NCBI GenBank assembly: GCA_003971905.1
Contig: RSEE01000013.1
Coordinates: 248,001-312,000, forward strand
Source: Moniliella sp. 'wahieum'
Lineage: Eukaryota
Direction of reading: 5' to 3'
DNA: 64,000 bases
The notes beneath the pieces were generated by a model, which was not told the origin of the DNA, made no database searches, and saw only the letters and a list, made by a program, of their open reading frames with translations. A program made the position numbers and the translations under genes. This document shows, one piece after another, positions 9,576 through 22,359 of this stretch (the first letter of the stretch is position 1; each line of letters begins with the position of its first letter).

Positions 9576-12500
9576 ATGTCCATGGCCACGACCATGACCT
9601 TCCTCCCTCACCCCACTCCCGTTGGGCCACCCACTCCGTGGCTTTCGCCCTCATCCTCCCCCCACCGGCCTTATCCTTCTGCCTCCCTCCTCGCCCGCCC
9701 CTCCCAGCCCCACCAACGGTCGGACCAATGCTGCATACCGCCCTGCCGCCGGACCCTTTCAATCCGCCCGCAATTCAAGTATCCATTGAGGTGCGGCCCC
9801 TATCGGACGAGGTCACAATGTTTGGGCCGAGTCAAACTTCAACCCACTACTCCCTCGCCGGCACCACCGTCTTGACCGTCAGACGCGCACCCCCATCCGT
9901 CTCGGCCCCCCTTCTCGCTCTCCTCTGGTCGACTTGCCCGATGAGCTGTTGCATGTGCGACGCATCCAAGTCGCATTTACTGGCTACTCTCTTTTTCATG
10001 ACCACGCCGGCCACTTTGCTGCCGTCAAGCTCGCCGATGTCAAACACGAGCTCCTACCACCGGAGGGCGCTCACATCTCCCTCGCCGGTCTCATTGTTCC
10101 AGGCTCTGCTCAGCCAGTCCATTCTAGCCCTCTGGATCGGACTCCTCCCCCCCCCTCTCTCGCCGACCATGCATCTAAAGAACCGCTCAGCATCCTCCGC
10201 AGTAGCTGCAGCAGGTACTACCCAAAATCCTTTCGAACCTCCAATTCGAGATTGAATTTGACATTCCAATAGCAGGGAGCTTGCCCCCATCTCTCCGGAC
10301 GTCGTTTGGGGCAACGTTTTACACATTGCAAGCACAGGTTGAGTTTTCTCCCTCGCCGTCTTTGCGTACCTCTCTTCGTACAAACAGCCCTGCGTTCCGC
10401 CCCAATGCCCCGTCACGAGTACCCCCTGCGATACGATTAATCGGCGCACGTCCAGTCTCGGCAACTCGCATGTCCGCCGTGTCGCATCCACCACGGAGTT
10501 GGGCCCCCTGGCCAAGCGGCTAGCTTCTGGGCTTCCTGGGCCATACACTCCACAGGCAACGGACCAATGTGGGACTGTCGCGGCCATTCCATCTACTTCG
10601 GCGATCCTTGAGGGCGCCCAGCGCCCGCCCTTCCAGTCCAAGGTGAAACGTCTCCCCTCAGTGGGTTCGTCTATGCAATTCTCTTTGCCTCTACGTGCAG
10701 CGGGCTATCCCGGGGCAGGAGAAGTGTACGGTGCTGAAGGCAACAGCAAGGGAAAAAGTCGATCTCGTTGGTTTGTTGGCAATCGGACTTCGCATATAAG
10801 GCGCCACAGCACATCACCTACCTCTCCCTTGCTACTGCAATACAGACCACATTTCTCTGGCCTCGCATCTCGGACAAGGCGTTGAGAGGGATGTATCGTC
10901 CCGAATTGCAGCCGCCCGTTCCGTTAGTGCTTCTGTTGCTCCGCATGGATTCGATCACAGCAGACCGTGCTCCGTGTTGGTTCTTCCCCCGTATCAAGTC
11001 CGGTGATGGTGGTGGTGCTACGCAGATGTAGGGACGTGGTGCCTGCTCCTGTAGCCAGGATTGTCCTGGGCAACTTGACAGGTATTCCCATGGACCCACC
11101 TACCACCCCGACAGCCACTGCCGCCCTACCACAACTGCAACACTACCATCCAACAGTCCAACGCCTGTTTTATCGGCATCCCTGCCGATACATCACGTGG
11201 TGTCTGGCGTTCGGCTTCTGTACTCCGCGCGACGTCGATGGAGGGAAGAACGAGCCGAGAACGGACGGGCGAGGCCAATTCGTCAGCCTCTCCCGCGCCT
11301 GAAGAGAAGCCCACCCCCCACCCCGCCTTAACGATGGCCAGCGTCGTACGAATGCAAGGCACATCTATTCCTCATCTGGAGAAACAGAAGGCGTGCGGAT
11401 GCATTACTTTGCCCATCGCCCTGTGCTGCAGGCTCCGCGTACATTCCATTCCGCAGCTGAGTCCAAGATCGCCCAGGTCCAGCGCCGTGCCGAGAAGGAG
11501 GGTAGAAGCATCCCGGCATTGGCCAGTCTTGAGCAGAAGTACTCGACTCGACTTCCTCTTCAACTCGTCCTTTCCGTCCCAGCTCACGTCCGCACACGTG
11601 GCCCAAACACAGGGATGCTCACCTTCTCCATACATCTGAGTCTGTCCCACCCACACCAGTGGGCATGGAGGTATATATGCCAGCATGGTGGCCTCCGTCT
11701 GCGTACGATGGAAATGGCCTGCATCCAGACCGAAAAGCATTGGTACGTTTACGTTCTTCTTTCTGTTGGACCCATTCAATTGATTGGCCGGTGAAATTGA
11801 CGGTGATTTCTTGACAGTACCGTCCCTTCTCGTACCTTTCGCTTCAATTTCCCCCTTTTGTTGGATAGCCCAATCGAGGCTAAGGAGCTACCAGAGATTG
11901 AGGAACCGAATCATGTCCCCCGCTCGCGTGCGTTGGGGCCAGAGGAGGCGTATTTACGCAAGGGGTACGACCGTCACTGTGTGGAGCGCTGCCGGCAAAT
12001 TCTTCTGGCCGGCTTGGGTCCCACGGCGGCGGAGCAGAATGCGGAAGTGTCGAGAGTCATCACCATTGGCCCTCCCACCGCCATGCCCAACAGTAAAATA
12101 CGAATGCTGCTGCGACTTTAGGTTCAGGGGTTGATCCGATTGGTCCCGCTCCTTCGCCCGCTCTGAACGACGTGGTCGCTCATCGTCCACTCCGGGTAGA
12201 GAGGACCAATCCGCGAAGACTGGGACTGGATGGTGGGTGGGCAGCGCGCGAAATGGGGCCGAGTCTCCCTGTGGGTTCCCTATCAGCCTTGCGCGATCGG
12301 AGCACCAAGTAACCAGGAAATGGCACAAGCGCGAGCTATCCGTGCCCACGGGATCGCCCATCCCGCTCGGCTTCACTTTCTCCCTGGTACCCCCAGCGTT
12401 CACTCCCACGCCCGATCGTCAATTTCCCGCAGGCCCGTCTCAGCGTCGGCGCCTCGCCGCGTTGGCCTGGCATCGGTTTACTGGTCTTACTTCTTCTGTA

Positions 12501-13733
12501 GGGGACACTGACGTGGATCCGATGATGCGTGACAATCCAGCCGATCCCGTGGAAGAGATGGAACAAAGAGAAGAGTTGGATTCGTCAGTGCGGGAGGGCG
12601 TCGCTCGTCGGCCCAAATAGGGACGGCTATCCCTCCTGGAGCAGGATCTGCTCCGATCGCAAGTAATGCCCCCCTGCAGCGTCTGCCTCGACCTCCGGTC
12701 AAGACACATCTGGAAAGGGCAAAGAGCCAGAGTCCCATGCTTCTTACACCTTTGATGGGGCCGATGGTCATGGGTGGATCTCACTTCCGCTGGGTAAAAA
12801 TGACGGTGAACCTGCCGCTCGTCACCTTTCCCGAGATGCAAGATGGCACGTCGGAGGCAGCGCGCTGATGCCAGATTTCGATGGTCCCTTTTCCCGCATC
12901 CGTCATCGTTTGCAGCTCAAACTCTCCTTCCATGCGCCAGGTCGGCACAATGGGGGTGGTCTCAATCGCTGGTGATCGCTGTGCCCATCCGGTTCTCCGA
13001 ACCTCCACCGGGTCTGGCCCCAGGAGCAGCTAGGCTCTGGGCATCCATCACGGCCTGTCCCGCGCGCGCGAGCGACATGGTAGAACCCTTACCGGCCTAT
13101 ACCCAGCTCTTTCATGAAGACGGCACGCGCCTCTCGGAGGAAGGAAACCTTCCGCGGTACCCGGGACGCTGCCAGCTGGGCAAAACGTCAGAGGACAGCT
13201 CGTCGCTAGAGCTGGCCGAGTCTACCCGCCCAGTCAGTCCAGCGTTGGTGTTCCGTTCCGGGGCCGGGCCGAGTTTGAGGCCGGCAGAGGGAGCGGCCGG
13301 GGCGTCTCCCTCCTGCTCCTCCGGCCTCGGTTCGAGCGTGGCAGTGGCAGTGGAAGCATCAGAGGACAGAGCCGCGGTCGCGCAGTATCATCAGGACGAG
13401 CAAGTGGACGCGGAACAGTTGGGGTGGACGAAGAGGGGTATGATGAACGGTTGTGAAGTCTGTGCTTTCGGGGGAGGGAGTAGGTGCCTCTGCTGCCATC
13501 ACATCCTAGTAGCACGGTACTCGTCCCTGTCCTTGTCGCACGCCAAAAGCCCTATACCCTTGAACCATGCACTTGCAGTACATAGGAGCTCTCGCTCCAG
13601 TATACTTCACCGAGATCTGAGTGCTGGATGCTGGACAGGGATTGAGGATATTGAGGAACAATGCACCACCAGACCACCAGACCGACACAGCGCTCTGGCC
13701 CGGGGCGGTGAGGCAGGGCAGGGGGCAGTGTAA
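9576..13733 (+). CDS. Large arrestin-like (ART/alpha-arrestin-related) protein with C-terminal PY-like motifs; frameshifted, ends approximate
   Basis: Arrestin-N-like strands (VSIEVRP..YSLAGTTVLTV, IQVAFTGYS, FEIEFDIPIAGSLPPSLRTSFGATFYTLQAQVEF), a probable intron at about 11743-11817, VIAVPIRF, and LPAY...LPRY motifs at about 13090-13160. Confidence 0.55.
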
Positions 13734-14865
13734 GCGCATGCCAAGCTGCCAGGGCACGCTATATATTCACTCTCAACATTCAAACTGGCATGCCAAGCCG
13801 TGACCAGTGCTGCCAAGGGAAGGGTGAGGCGGGACAGTGGCGGGACGCGCCGGTCCAGCTTTTCTTGTCAGATCTCACATCTCACACCCGGCCCGAGCAC
13901 ACTCTTGGATGCATGGTGCATGACGTAGACGCGTGACGTCTCGCTTCTCAGATGGGAAAGCTTATCGCATCTTCAGATTTCTACAAGACCTTGGCCTTAA
14001 GCGCTTAAGCGCCTTGAAGCGTCCAGTCCTACATCCCACCCCCCTGGTGCCTCCCTTTGCCTGCTCGTCTCCAACTTGAAGTTCAAGCTCAAGCTTGAGC
14101 TCAAGCTTGCGCGCTGAGCGCATACTAATACAGAACTTTTTTTTGCCCGTACGTTGAAAACGTCGTTGATCGAACTGCGATAACCGGTAACCCTTTGGTT
14201 TCTCTCTGTTACCCACAAAAGGAATAGCCTCTGTACCTCAGGCCTGAAGGCCTCAGTATGCAACACCTCAAGTATTTTACCCGTTTCCACAGTTACCTTG
14301 CCCGGTGACGTGCAACGCGCACGGCCCACCATAATCGCTAGTAGTCACTGTTAGTTAGTTACTCCTGTCACTATTAGCGTCACTCTCAGCATCTCCGTTC
14401 CCAGCATCTCTTGGCGCGTCGGCCGCTCTCACGTAGTAGAGCCCGCGTCCCCGGGACCTGATAGGACTAGTGATGCTTCCCGTAGGCCAAGCTAAGCCTA
14501 GCCCCGGGACACAGTCGTGTGCGGGGGGTCTCATCGATCATCGTCCAGCTCTCGAGACCAAAAACTCATCCATATGCAACAGCTGCTATAATACCTTGTT
14601 GTGGCTGGGCAAGTCTGGGCATGCCAAGCTCTTGAGACTTTTAGGCTAAGGTGACAGTGACGACGCTTATAGAATCACCCACGGGCCTATATCATTCCCC
14701 CGATACTACTAGCTATCATAATGCCGATGCCTCGTTTTCAGCCCCACTGGCCATTCCATCATCGCTTGCCATTGGGCGGTTACACCACAGGTTGTTGCCG
14801 TATTTAGCCTTTTCCCTTCCTTCCAATCGCCCCCCATTTCTTCCACATCTCTCTCTACACTCACC

Positions 14866-15753
14866 ATGGGGTTTTCCCGCTTCCTGGACCATCTGCGCCC
14901 GCGCTCCCATCAGACCAACAGCCGTCCCATCCCGACAACCCATAACCGGCGTCGCTCTGCCTCCCCTGACCATCCCAATGACGCTTCTGCCTGTCGGGAC
15001 AGTCGTGATTCCAGTCCAACAATCCACCGGCCCCGTTCTTCTTCCCCTTCCAGCTGCACGTGCCGCCGAACGTTCACGTCTTCATCGACATCTAGCGCAT
15101 CGGCCACTTCCTTGGGTCGCTCAGGTCTGAACTCCGACGAGGGCGGAGAACAATTGGACGAATTGATTGTGAAGAAGCACCGTCCGGCCGTGGAAACCAT
15201 CAAGGATGGGAGTACCCATTCGTCCTCTTCACTCTCAAAGGACCATAATGACCATCAGACGCTTCGCCAACACGAGTCCGGCACCACCACCACCACCACC
15301 ACCACCATCACCGCCGCCATCACCACCGCAAAGCAACCTGCTCGAAAGAGCTCAATCCAAAAGACATCCCTTCCACCCAACTGCCTGTACTGTCACCTCG
15401 CTCCCCGTCCTGATCCAGACCGACGATCTTCCCGCCAACCTAGTAGTTCATCGGAGTCTTCCTTGCAAAGAACCAAGGCCCAAGCTCGACTTTCTGGGAA
15501 GAAAGCAGGGGACGGTAAAAGTGCACCCGGTACGAATGCCCGACTCTCCTTCCCCCGACAGGCTCCGTCGGCCGCCCCCACGACCACAACAGCGCGTCTC
15601 TCCGTTCCGAGTGCTCGCGATGCTCCTGCTGCCGTTCCTCTCCCCACATCCTATTCTCTCATTTGGCCCCATGCCCTTCTTGCCTCCACCTTGACCCCCC
15701 ACCCATCGGTTGTGGCCAAAGGAACTCAAGGAAAGGCAATGGTCCGGACATGA
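14866..15753 (+). CDS. Hypothetical Ser/Thr/Pro-rich protein
   Basis: 295-codon ATG ORF in an ACCATGG context, low complexity, poly-Thr (ACC)n at about 15283-15306. No recognisable domain. Confidence 0.4.
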   Translation: MGFSRFLDHLRPRSHQTNSRPIPTTHNRRRSASPDHPNDASACRDSRDSSPTIHRPRSSSPSSCTCRRTFTSSSTSSASATSLGRSGLNSDEGGEQLDELIVKKHRPAVETIKDGSTHSSSSLSKDHNDHQTLRQHESGTTTTTTTTITAAITTAKQPARKSSIQKTSLPPNCLYCHLAPRPDPDRRSSRQPSSSSESSLQRTKAQARLSGKKAGDGKSAPGTNARLSFPRQAPSAAPTTTTARLSVPSARDAPAAVPLPTSYSLIWPHALLASTLTPHPSVVAKGTQGKAMVRT

Positions 15754-15896
15754 ATCGCAGTCGTCGTTGGTAATCATCTACTCTTGTGTTAGAGGCGTTG
15801 TAGGTTTTGTTGTCTTCACACCGGGTGAATGACTGTTGTTTGGTCGGGCGATGCATTATATATTGCAGTTTATCTCGTGTCATTCGAAGCCATCGC

Positions 15897-15985
15897 GGCG
15901 AGATAGCGAAGTGGTTAACGCGCTGTGTTCAGGTTCTTCCTAACCGCAGTCCTCCGGGGCGTGGGTTCGAATCCCACTCTCGTCA
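15897..15985 (+). tRNA. tRNA-Leu(CAG) with a 10-nt intron at 15934-15943
   Basis: Acceptor GGCGAGA/TCTCGTC plus discriminator A; D arm GCG..CGC; anticodon stem CTGTG/CGCAG with TT-CAG-G; variable arm; T arm GTGGG-TTCGAAT-CCCAC; T8 Pol III terminator at 15990-15997. Confidence 0.95.
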
Positions 15986-16163
15986 TCCATTTTTTTTCGT
16001 TCGGAGGCAGTCGCTCTTTCTCGATTCAGCCATTGGATGTTCCATGCATTGCATGTAGTGCGACAGGAGGACGATGCACAAAATGCAAAGCTCATGTCCA
16101 GATGATACCGGGACACATTATGCTCACATTTCGTAGTGGCCTCAATCTAATGAATGGTGCCTC

Positions 16164-16982
16164 TCACACTTTATCCTCGTCCTCTTTGACACCATAAGCG
16201 ACTTTGCGACGATACGTATTTTGATCCCGAAGCCATTGCCGGTACTCATGCAACGATCCAATCTTTTCCCCCTGCAAAGACAATGGAAACACGCGCAGTC
16301 AATAAACACACATCAGAATGACGGTCACAGTTCTGGTTATTACGGAGGGAGAAAACGCACATAAAAATCAGGGATAGGGTTCTTTCCGGAGGTGGAAACC
16401 AAGGTCAGATATGAGAACAGAGATAACAGGAACGGAGATGGAGAGGCGTACCTGGACGCTTTGCATCATGGGGTCCACACGGTTTTGACGGATATGGTCA
16501 AAGAAGGCCTTGTCTTTCTGGGCAATGGACTCGGCTTTAGACCGGTTCACCCACGCCCACAGAGTCGATCCAATCGCTGGGCCAAGGAGCAAGCCAGCTC
16601 CCGTACCGACTAGCACGCCCGCCGCCGAGAGAAGCATGGGATCAATACCGGCAAACGTAAAGGGCATCCCATTGGCGGTAAGATAAGCCGCACTGCCCGC
16701 ACCCGTCAGGAAGGTCGTGGGCCATGTGAAGAACATGCTGGCTGTGCGGCGCTGTTTGCGCAGCTTGAGATATTCGTCCCATGTCACAGGTGCTTTCCCC
16801 TGAGCTGCAGCCTCGGCTGCGGCGGCAGCCTTTGACTGAGCGTGACGGGTGCTCTCGTGGCTGGCGCGGGGGGTGGGCTCGGCACAGGCGACGCTTGAGG
16901 AGACTAGTGTCCTGTTCGCAGCGGGGGGGGAAGTCACGAGGCGGACCGGTGTGGGACGGAGGGCGCTGTTGAGGATGGACAT
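16164..16982 (-). CDS. PAM17: Mitochondrial import motor subunit Pam17; exons 16982-16452, 16381-16361, 16271-16164
   Basis: Presequence-like N-terminus, VTWDEYLKLRKQRR, two TM segments, then the spliced FFDHIRQNRVDP..SVQ|NPIPDFY|GEKIGSLHEYRQWLRDQ motif. Canonical GT-AG introns restore the frame. Confidence 0.93.
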
Positions 16983-17418
16983 GTCCGCAAGAGGTGTGGT
17001 AGCAGCCGAGCCGGGCAAGTTGGCTGGCGGTAGTGCAGGTGTGGGGCCGTGCGCCGTAGCATGTAAGCGCTACGCCGTAATCGTATTGGGATTCCGAGGT
17101 GCGGAACACGGTGCCGAAAGCGACTAGCCGCCCACGTGACAAGCAGTCTCACCAGCACAATGGGGAACGCATTATTGATGGTGGCGAGGCGTCGGAGTTC
17201 TGAGTCTGAGATCCGAGATGCGCCAGCCAGCTGAAATTTGAAACGATGGTTCCACGCTGGAAGCGGGACTTGCTGCCCTTCTACAGTCGCCTCGTCAGCT
17301 GTACTTGGCCAGTTGAAACATTGCAGCTGCAGCGAGCCAGACGACGTGTTGGTTCCGTTTCTTGACGCAGGCCATCTGATCTCGTGTGGCCTCATTGTGG
17401 TCTTGGCCGCCATCCATC

Positions 17419-17817
17419 ATGTCCAAGCGACGCGAGTATTCGTACGATGAGCTGGTGGCCCGCATCCACTACTCAGACAAGTATGCCGATGACGAGTGGG
17501 AGTACCGCCATGTGATCCTCCCAAGCAACTTCTCAAGCAGCTCCCTGAGGAGTACTTTGACCCCAACGAGCCCGGGGTTCTGCGCAAGCTCACCGACGAG
17601 CAATGGCGCTCGATTGGCATCCAGCAATCGCCCGGGTGGGAGCACTACGAAGTACATGGTATGTTGTCATTGTTTCGTACTTTCTCTCTTCTTTTACACC
17701 CAACACACCTTGTGCACTCTCTCTAACCACATTCCTTCGCCAGCCCCTGAGCCACACATCCTCCTCTTTCGCCGGGAGAAGGACTATGCGGAGAAGTACC
17801 TGCAGAATTACCAATGA
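17419..17817 (+). CDS. CKS1: Cyclin-dependent kinase regulatory subunit Cks1/Suc1; intron 17659-17743; one missing C at about 17521
   Basis: [49 protein letters not shown]. Confidence 0.96.
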   Translation: MSKRREYSYDELVARIHYSDKYADDEWEYRHVILPSNFSSSSLRSTLTPTSPGFCASSPTSNGARLASSNRPGGSTTKYMVCCHCFVLSLFFYTQHTLCTLSNHIPSPAPEPHILLFRREKDYAEKYLQNYQ

Positions 17818-18208
17818 GCCACTTGAAGCTGCGTTCGTTATCTTCTCTATCTGAGCGCCGTGGATGATAGAAATCCCAGACCCCCCGCTTCAAACCCAGT
17901 CTACGTCGGCTTTGTTGTCCATGTACCCACATGTGCCTGTCTCATTCTCCCCTACCCGATCAATTCGTTTATACGGAGGAAACGACTAGGGAAGGCAAAT
18001 AGCTATGCATGGCAGCAAAGCATGCATGCATGCACTCTTCAATCGCAGAGGAGTCCAATCGCAATGGGCGCGGCAGGCTTTGTTGGGCTGAGAGTACCGC
18101 TCCACATCCCAGTGTCCAGAAATGGGGCGAGGAAAGCTGCTAAGCCGAAGGTTGCGAGTGGGAGGGGCGAGATCCATGGCACAGCTCCCCGGCAGATGGG
18201 TTCGTAGT

Positions 18209-18750
18209 TTAGCAGGTGTCGTCATGAAATTGCCATTGAGTCTTCTTGGGGTTGCTGGGCGCAGTGCGAACATATCTGTCGTTCCCTGGAGGCAGCTCCT
18301 TTTCTGTACAGCAGGTACGTTAGCTTTGAAGGAGCAGAGGTCAAGCGAACATACCTTGCACGAGGCAAGCATGCTCTGGAGCGTCAACAAGATGGCCTCG
18401 ACGCTGAGCACGGGGGACCACTCGTCTCCCAAGATGTTGGCGCAAATGTGGCCGTTGCTGTAGATATGGGGGTGCATGGGCGCTTGCCAAGGGGCGGGCG
18501 AGGTGACAAAGGTCACCTCTGGACATTCGAATGGGTAGCGGCTGTCAAACTTGACCCGTACTCGGAACGTTTCGCCTTCAAACACCGAGTTGCCCAAGAC
18601 GCTTAATGAAAAGATCCACTCGGGCAGAGAACCGGCGCTACCTCCTGCAGCCTCGTCGCTGACGCTAACGAGCGCAATGCCAGCCGGGCATCCCTTGGTG
18701 CGCAGAGCTCGCAACTCCTTGGCAATTCGTTTTCCCGATGCTCCAGACAT
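18209..18750 (-). CDS. UBE2W: Ubiquitin-conjugating enzyme E2, UBE2W-type; intron 18354-18304; one missing A after the intron
   Basis: HPHIYSNGHIC active-site motif (HPH rather than HPN), WSPVLSV, and C-terminal PPGNDRYV..NPKKTQWQFHDDTC. Confidence 0.9.
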
Positions 18751-19529
18751 GTGGTGGGAAAAGAAAAAGCAGTTGTGGTGGCTGCCCAGGAGGTGGCAAA
18801 TGATCCGAGTGGAGCTTGTAGCTTGGAGGGGGGCGTCTACGTACAAGCTCGGGCCGTTGCTCGGCCGTTCGACGTTCAGGTGGCCGCCTCAGAGCACCCA
18901 GGCTCAGGCCGCCCCAGCCTGAGCTCAAACCGAGGGCAAGCCTGCTGTCCATGCGTACAACTTGAACGTTCAATATATCGCCACGCCTCGCCTCGAGCAT
19001 CATCGATCGATCATCGATCACCTGATCGGTCACCTGACCTGACATGTGACAGGCTGATCATAACCACGCCACCTCCCTCGGACCACACCCACCCACTTGC
19101 TTGCCTTCCTGCCTTCCTGCAACCATCCAACTGTCGTTTCCATCGGCCCTTCAATCTACCACTGCTAGGCCCACCAGCCACCCCCTTCTCCTCACTATGG
19201 TAGGCAAGCTGCCAACCTCAATGAACCAGCCCATCCTCGGACAAGGCACAGGACAATCATAACCCTCGCTCTCGAATCAACAAAAGCAGTACATCCGCAA
19301 TGTGACCTGTGACGGCCTTCTGTATGTGCTTCCTGATCGTCTCCTCAGGCCTTGGCACCATCTTTTATCCCCTTCCTATGTATTTACCGCGTCACCTAGT
19401 CCCGTGGAATGAGGAGAAGAGCCACAAGATTTGATTGGATCACACCAGTCGGCCTATGGAGGAGTTTCTTGACTTTTCCACAATCCCGGGATAGCGATCT
19501 TCCGTCTCTCTTTGATGATGCATGGGAAA

Positions 19530-21398
19530 GGAAAGCCACTGATGCCCTTGGGGAGGGAAGACGGGGCCCTCTCGTTAACCCGTTACACAGCGAGCTGTCC
19601 GCGCGAATGGTCTGATTATGGGCTTGCCATGTCAAGCCGCTAATGGCGCCTTGTGGATGTGGATCAAACCTCCATATTTGGCCCAGGGGCCTCACCCAAG
19701 AGATCAATCAAGTTCTGCACCGTGCCTACTCGCAACACCCATACACTGTAAACCGTACGCTTCTTCATTGTTGCCCATCTCCGCCCAGGCAGCACACGCG
19801 ACGGCGTGGCACTTGTACCAACCGAACTGGGACGGATGAGGTGCCAGAGAGATGTCCCGCGTGGGTCTTGGGACCGCCACCAAAGTTCTATATAGCTTCA
19901 CCGCACCCTTAAAACCTTACATCAAAATAGTGAGATATCGAAATCATCCCGCTCAGATAAAGGTCGACAGGAGCAGTGGGATTACGAGGCTTGTGGATAT
20001 CATCGGAAGATGGTCTTAAAAGCTCGAATTTAGCAGGGATCAACCAACTGGTGCGAATCACCTCACTGTTGAGGCAGTAGACAACGGTGCAGGAGGGGAC
20101 GCGGCCACCGTTGGGAAGAAAATAGAAAGCTATGCTGACTACTACGTAGCCGTGCAGCCCAACGCGCTGAGCTATCACAGACGGGAGAGCAACCGCGCTC
20201 TGCTGCTAGCGGTGGTCCTGCCAATGTACAAGGCCCCGCCCTTCCCGCCTCCCAGATCGCCCCGTCCCAGCATGTTTTTGGAGGGCCCTGTGCAGTCATT
20301 TAGGCATCCACTGGAGCCTCAGCACGGCGTATCACCCCCAATCGGACGGACAGACGGAGAGAATAAACCAGGTTCTCGAACAGCACCTTCGTTGCTACCT
20401 GAATTAGTAGCAGTCAACCTGGATTGATATTCTCCCCATGGCCGAGTTTGCTTACAACTCTTCTTCCCACTTCAGTACAGGCGCGTCCCCTTTTTTCCTT
20501 AGGTATGGCTACTCGCCCCACGGCGAGTTAGCGGCAACCTCATCGGCCGTGCTAAACACCGCATCGTAATACCTCGAGGGTCTCCGCTCGGCCCAGGCCG
20601 TAGCTCGGAAGACGCTAGCTGCAGCCCAGGAGCGGTATCAGCACTAATGCGCGGATCAGCATCGCACCGGGGCCGACTCCTTTGAAGTTGGTCAACCGGT
20701 TTTGGTCCGTCGCGATGGCTACTTGTCCACCCAACGTCCTTCAGAAGAGTTGGATTACCGCTAGCTGGGACCTTTTCCAATCGTTCGTGCTGTCGTCCGC
20801 GCTGTGTATCAAGTTCGCCTGCCTGATTGGCTTCATATCCACGATGTGTTCCACACCTCCCGGTTGCGCGCCTACAGTCCAGGCGACGAGGTCCCTAACC
20901 GCTTGGTCGAGCCCCCTCCCCCCCTTTCCGAGTATGCCGACGATGGGGCGGTTCATCACGAGGTCCAGAAGGTTCTTGACTCCCGCTGTAAGGGTCTCGG
21001 TGGACGTCTCGAGTGCTTTGTTCATTTCCGAGGCTACCCTGTCCAGGAGCGGAAGTGCATGCCAGCTGCGGACATGTCCATTGACGCCGACCCGGTGGTT
21101 CGTTTCCATGCGATGTAACCCGACAAGCCTGTTCCCCGCGGCTGTCGCATGGTCCTTGCCCTCCTTCTCCAACGCCGGGGAGGTGAGGTCTGAAAGGAGG
21201 CAATGCCATCGAATGACTAAACTCGCTCTCCAATTTCCAATTCTGCATCCTGTGTCTCTCGCTCTTCCTTTCCCTTTTGCTTCTGTTCTCTGTGCTCCGC
21301 GCGATATGCCTTCTGTTTCCGCCCACACGAACGATCTTGCCTTTCCCCTCCGCCTCTGACAGGGCCCTGGTCTCCCTCGTTTAGTCCCGACTGTTACA
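19530..21398 (+). mobile_element. Ty3/Gypsy chromovirus remnant (integrase, GPF motif, chromodomain, 3' LTR)
   Basis: HCKPY after a decayed Zn-finger (about 19740); [37 protein letters not shown] (about 20318-20465); LGPFPIV..YQVRLP..IHDVFHTSRL; chromodomain HEVQKVLDSR..CFVHFRGYP ending 21118; purine-rich tract at about 21177-21188; putative LTR TG..TGTTACA at 21191-21398. Confidence 0.9.
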
Positions 21399-21453
21399 CC
21401 CACCCACAAACAGTGGCTCGCTAGTATATAACCGCATAATGGAACTGCAACCC

Positions 21454-21516
21454 CACCTGCCCCCCTCTTCACCTGCCCCCCTCTTCACCTGCCCCCCTCT
21501 TCACCTTCCCCCTCTT
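21454..21516 (+). repeat. Minisatellite, 16-nt CACCTGCCCCCCTCTT x4
   Basis: Three perfect copies and one variant copy read directly from the sequence. Confidence 0.9.
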
Positions 21517-22359
21517 CCCTATGATACCACATCAACCGATTGTGCACATATATATCGTTTTGGTACGCACGAAGCGAAGCAGAACAACACTGTTGTTCCG
21601 AACCCTATTGAACATGTGGCTCATATAATAGCCGCAAGAAGCGTCCATCAGATGCCTCCATGACGACGCACATAACATATTGGTATCTTCCAGTAACAGA
21701 CTTCCCTTTTGCTCTCAATATGTGAGCATGAATCCTGTTTTCTTGTATATATTACCCAGGTTTCGTTCCGGTGAGTGGACTTCTGAAGTGCTTGTTGAAC
21801 GTTGACGATGTTGACGCGGGAAATTGTGATCTCTTTCATCAACCGACTGTAGGGCATTCCATGGTTCAGGGACCGGACGCCGTTTCCGGCTTCCACACCT
21901 GAGTCTACATTTGGGCGGTCTTCTTACAGCGCTGGGCAGAGGAACTGAAGCCCACGGAGTTTCAAGATATCTCATTTATCTTCATTCCCTCTGCCCTACC
22001 CAGGGCTGGTACGATAAAAAGGGCGCCGGAATATTGCGAGAGAAGCGTTCACGTAGGTCCTTCCCTCGCCCCCCCCTTCCTTTCCCGGTTGGCCGGGCAA
22101 AATAACTGGCTCAACTCATGACACCTCTCCTTCGACTTGGTTTGCCCCCCTTCCGCTGGCGAATAGGTACAACTCATTGTTCGGAAATACCGCACACATA
22201 ATGCACACCTAATCCATATGGCCTTCGAAAGCTACCCAAAGATCCCTCCTACATAGCGCTTCCCGTAACAGTGCCTGTAGAAATGATGCGGGAACACACA
22301 TGCAACATTGCATTACCGGGCATACGCCCATCATCACATAGTGTGTCGGTACCTCTCAT

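Noticed and set aside
8185..9900. Many long overlapping ORFs in GC-rich segments (also 51000-52600 and antisense to 14-3-3, eIF3e, GOT1 and myosin)
   Set aside because: Shadow ORFs caused by high GC and codon bias; low-complexity translations with no motifs.
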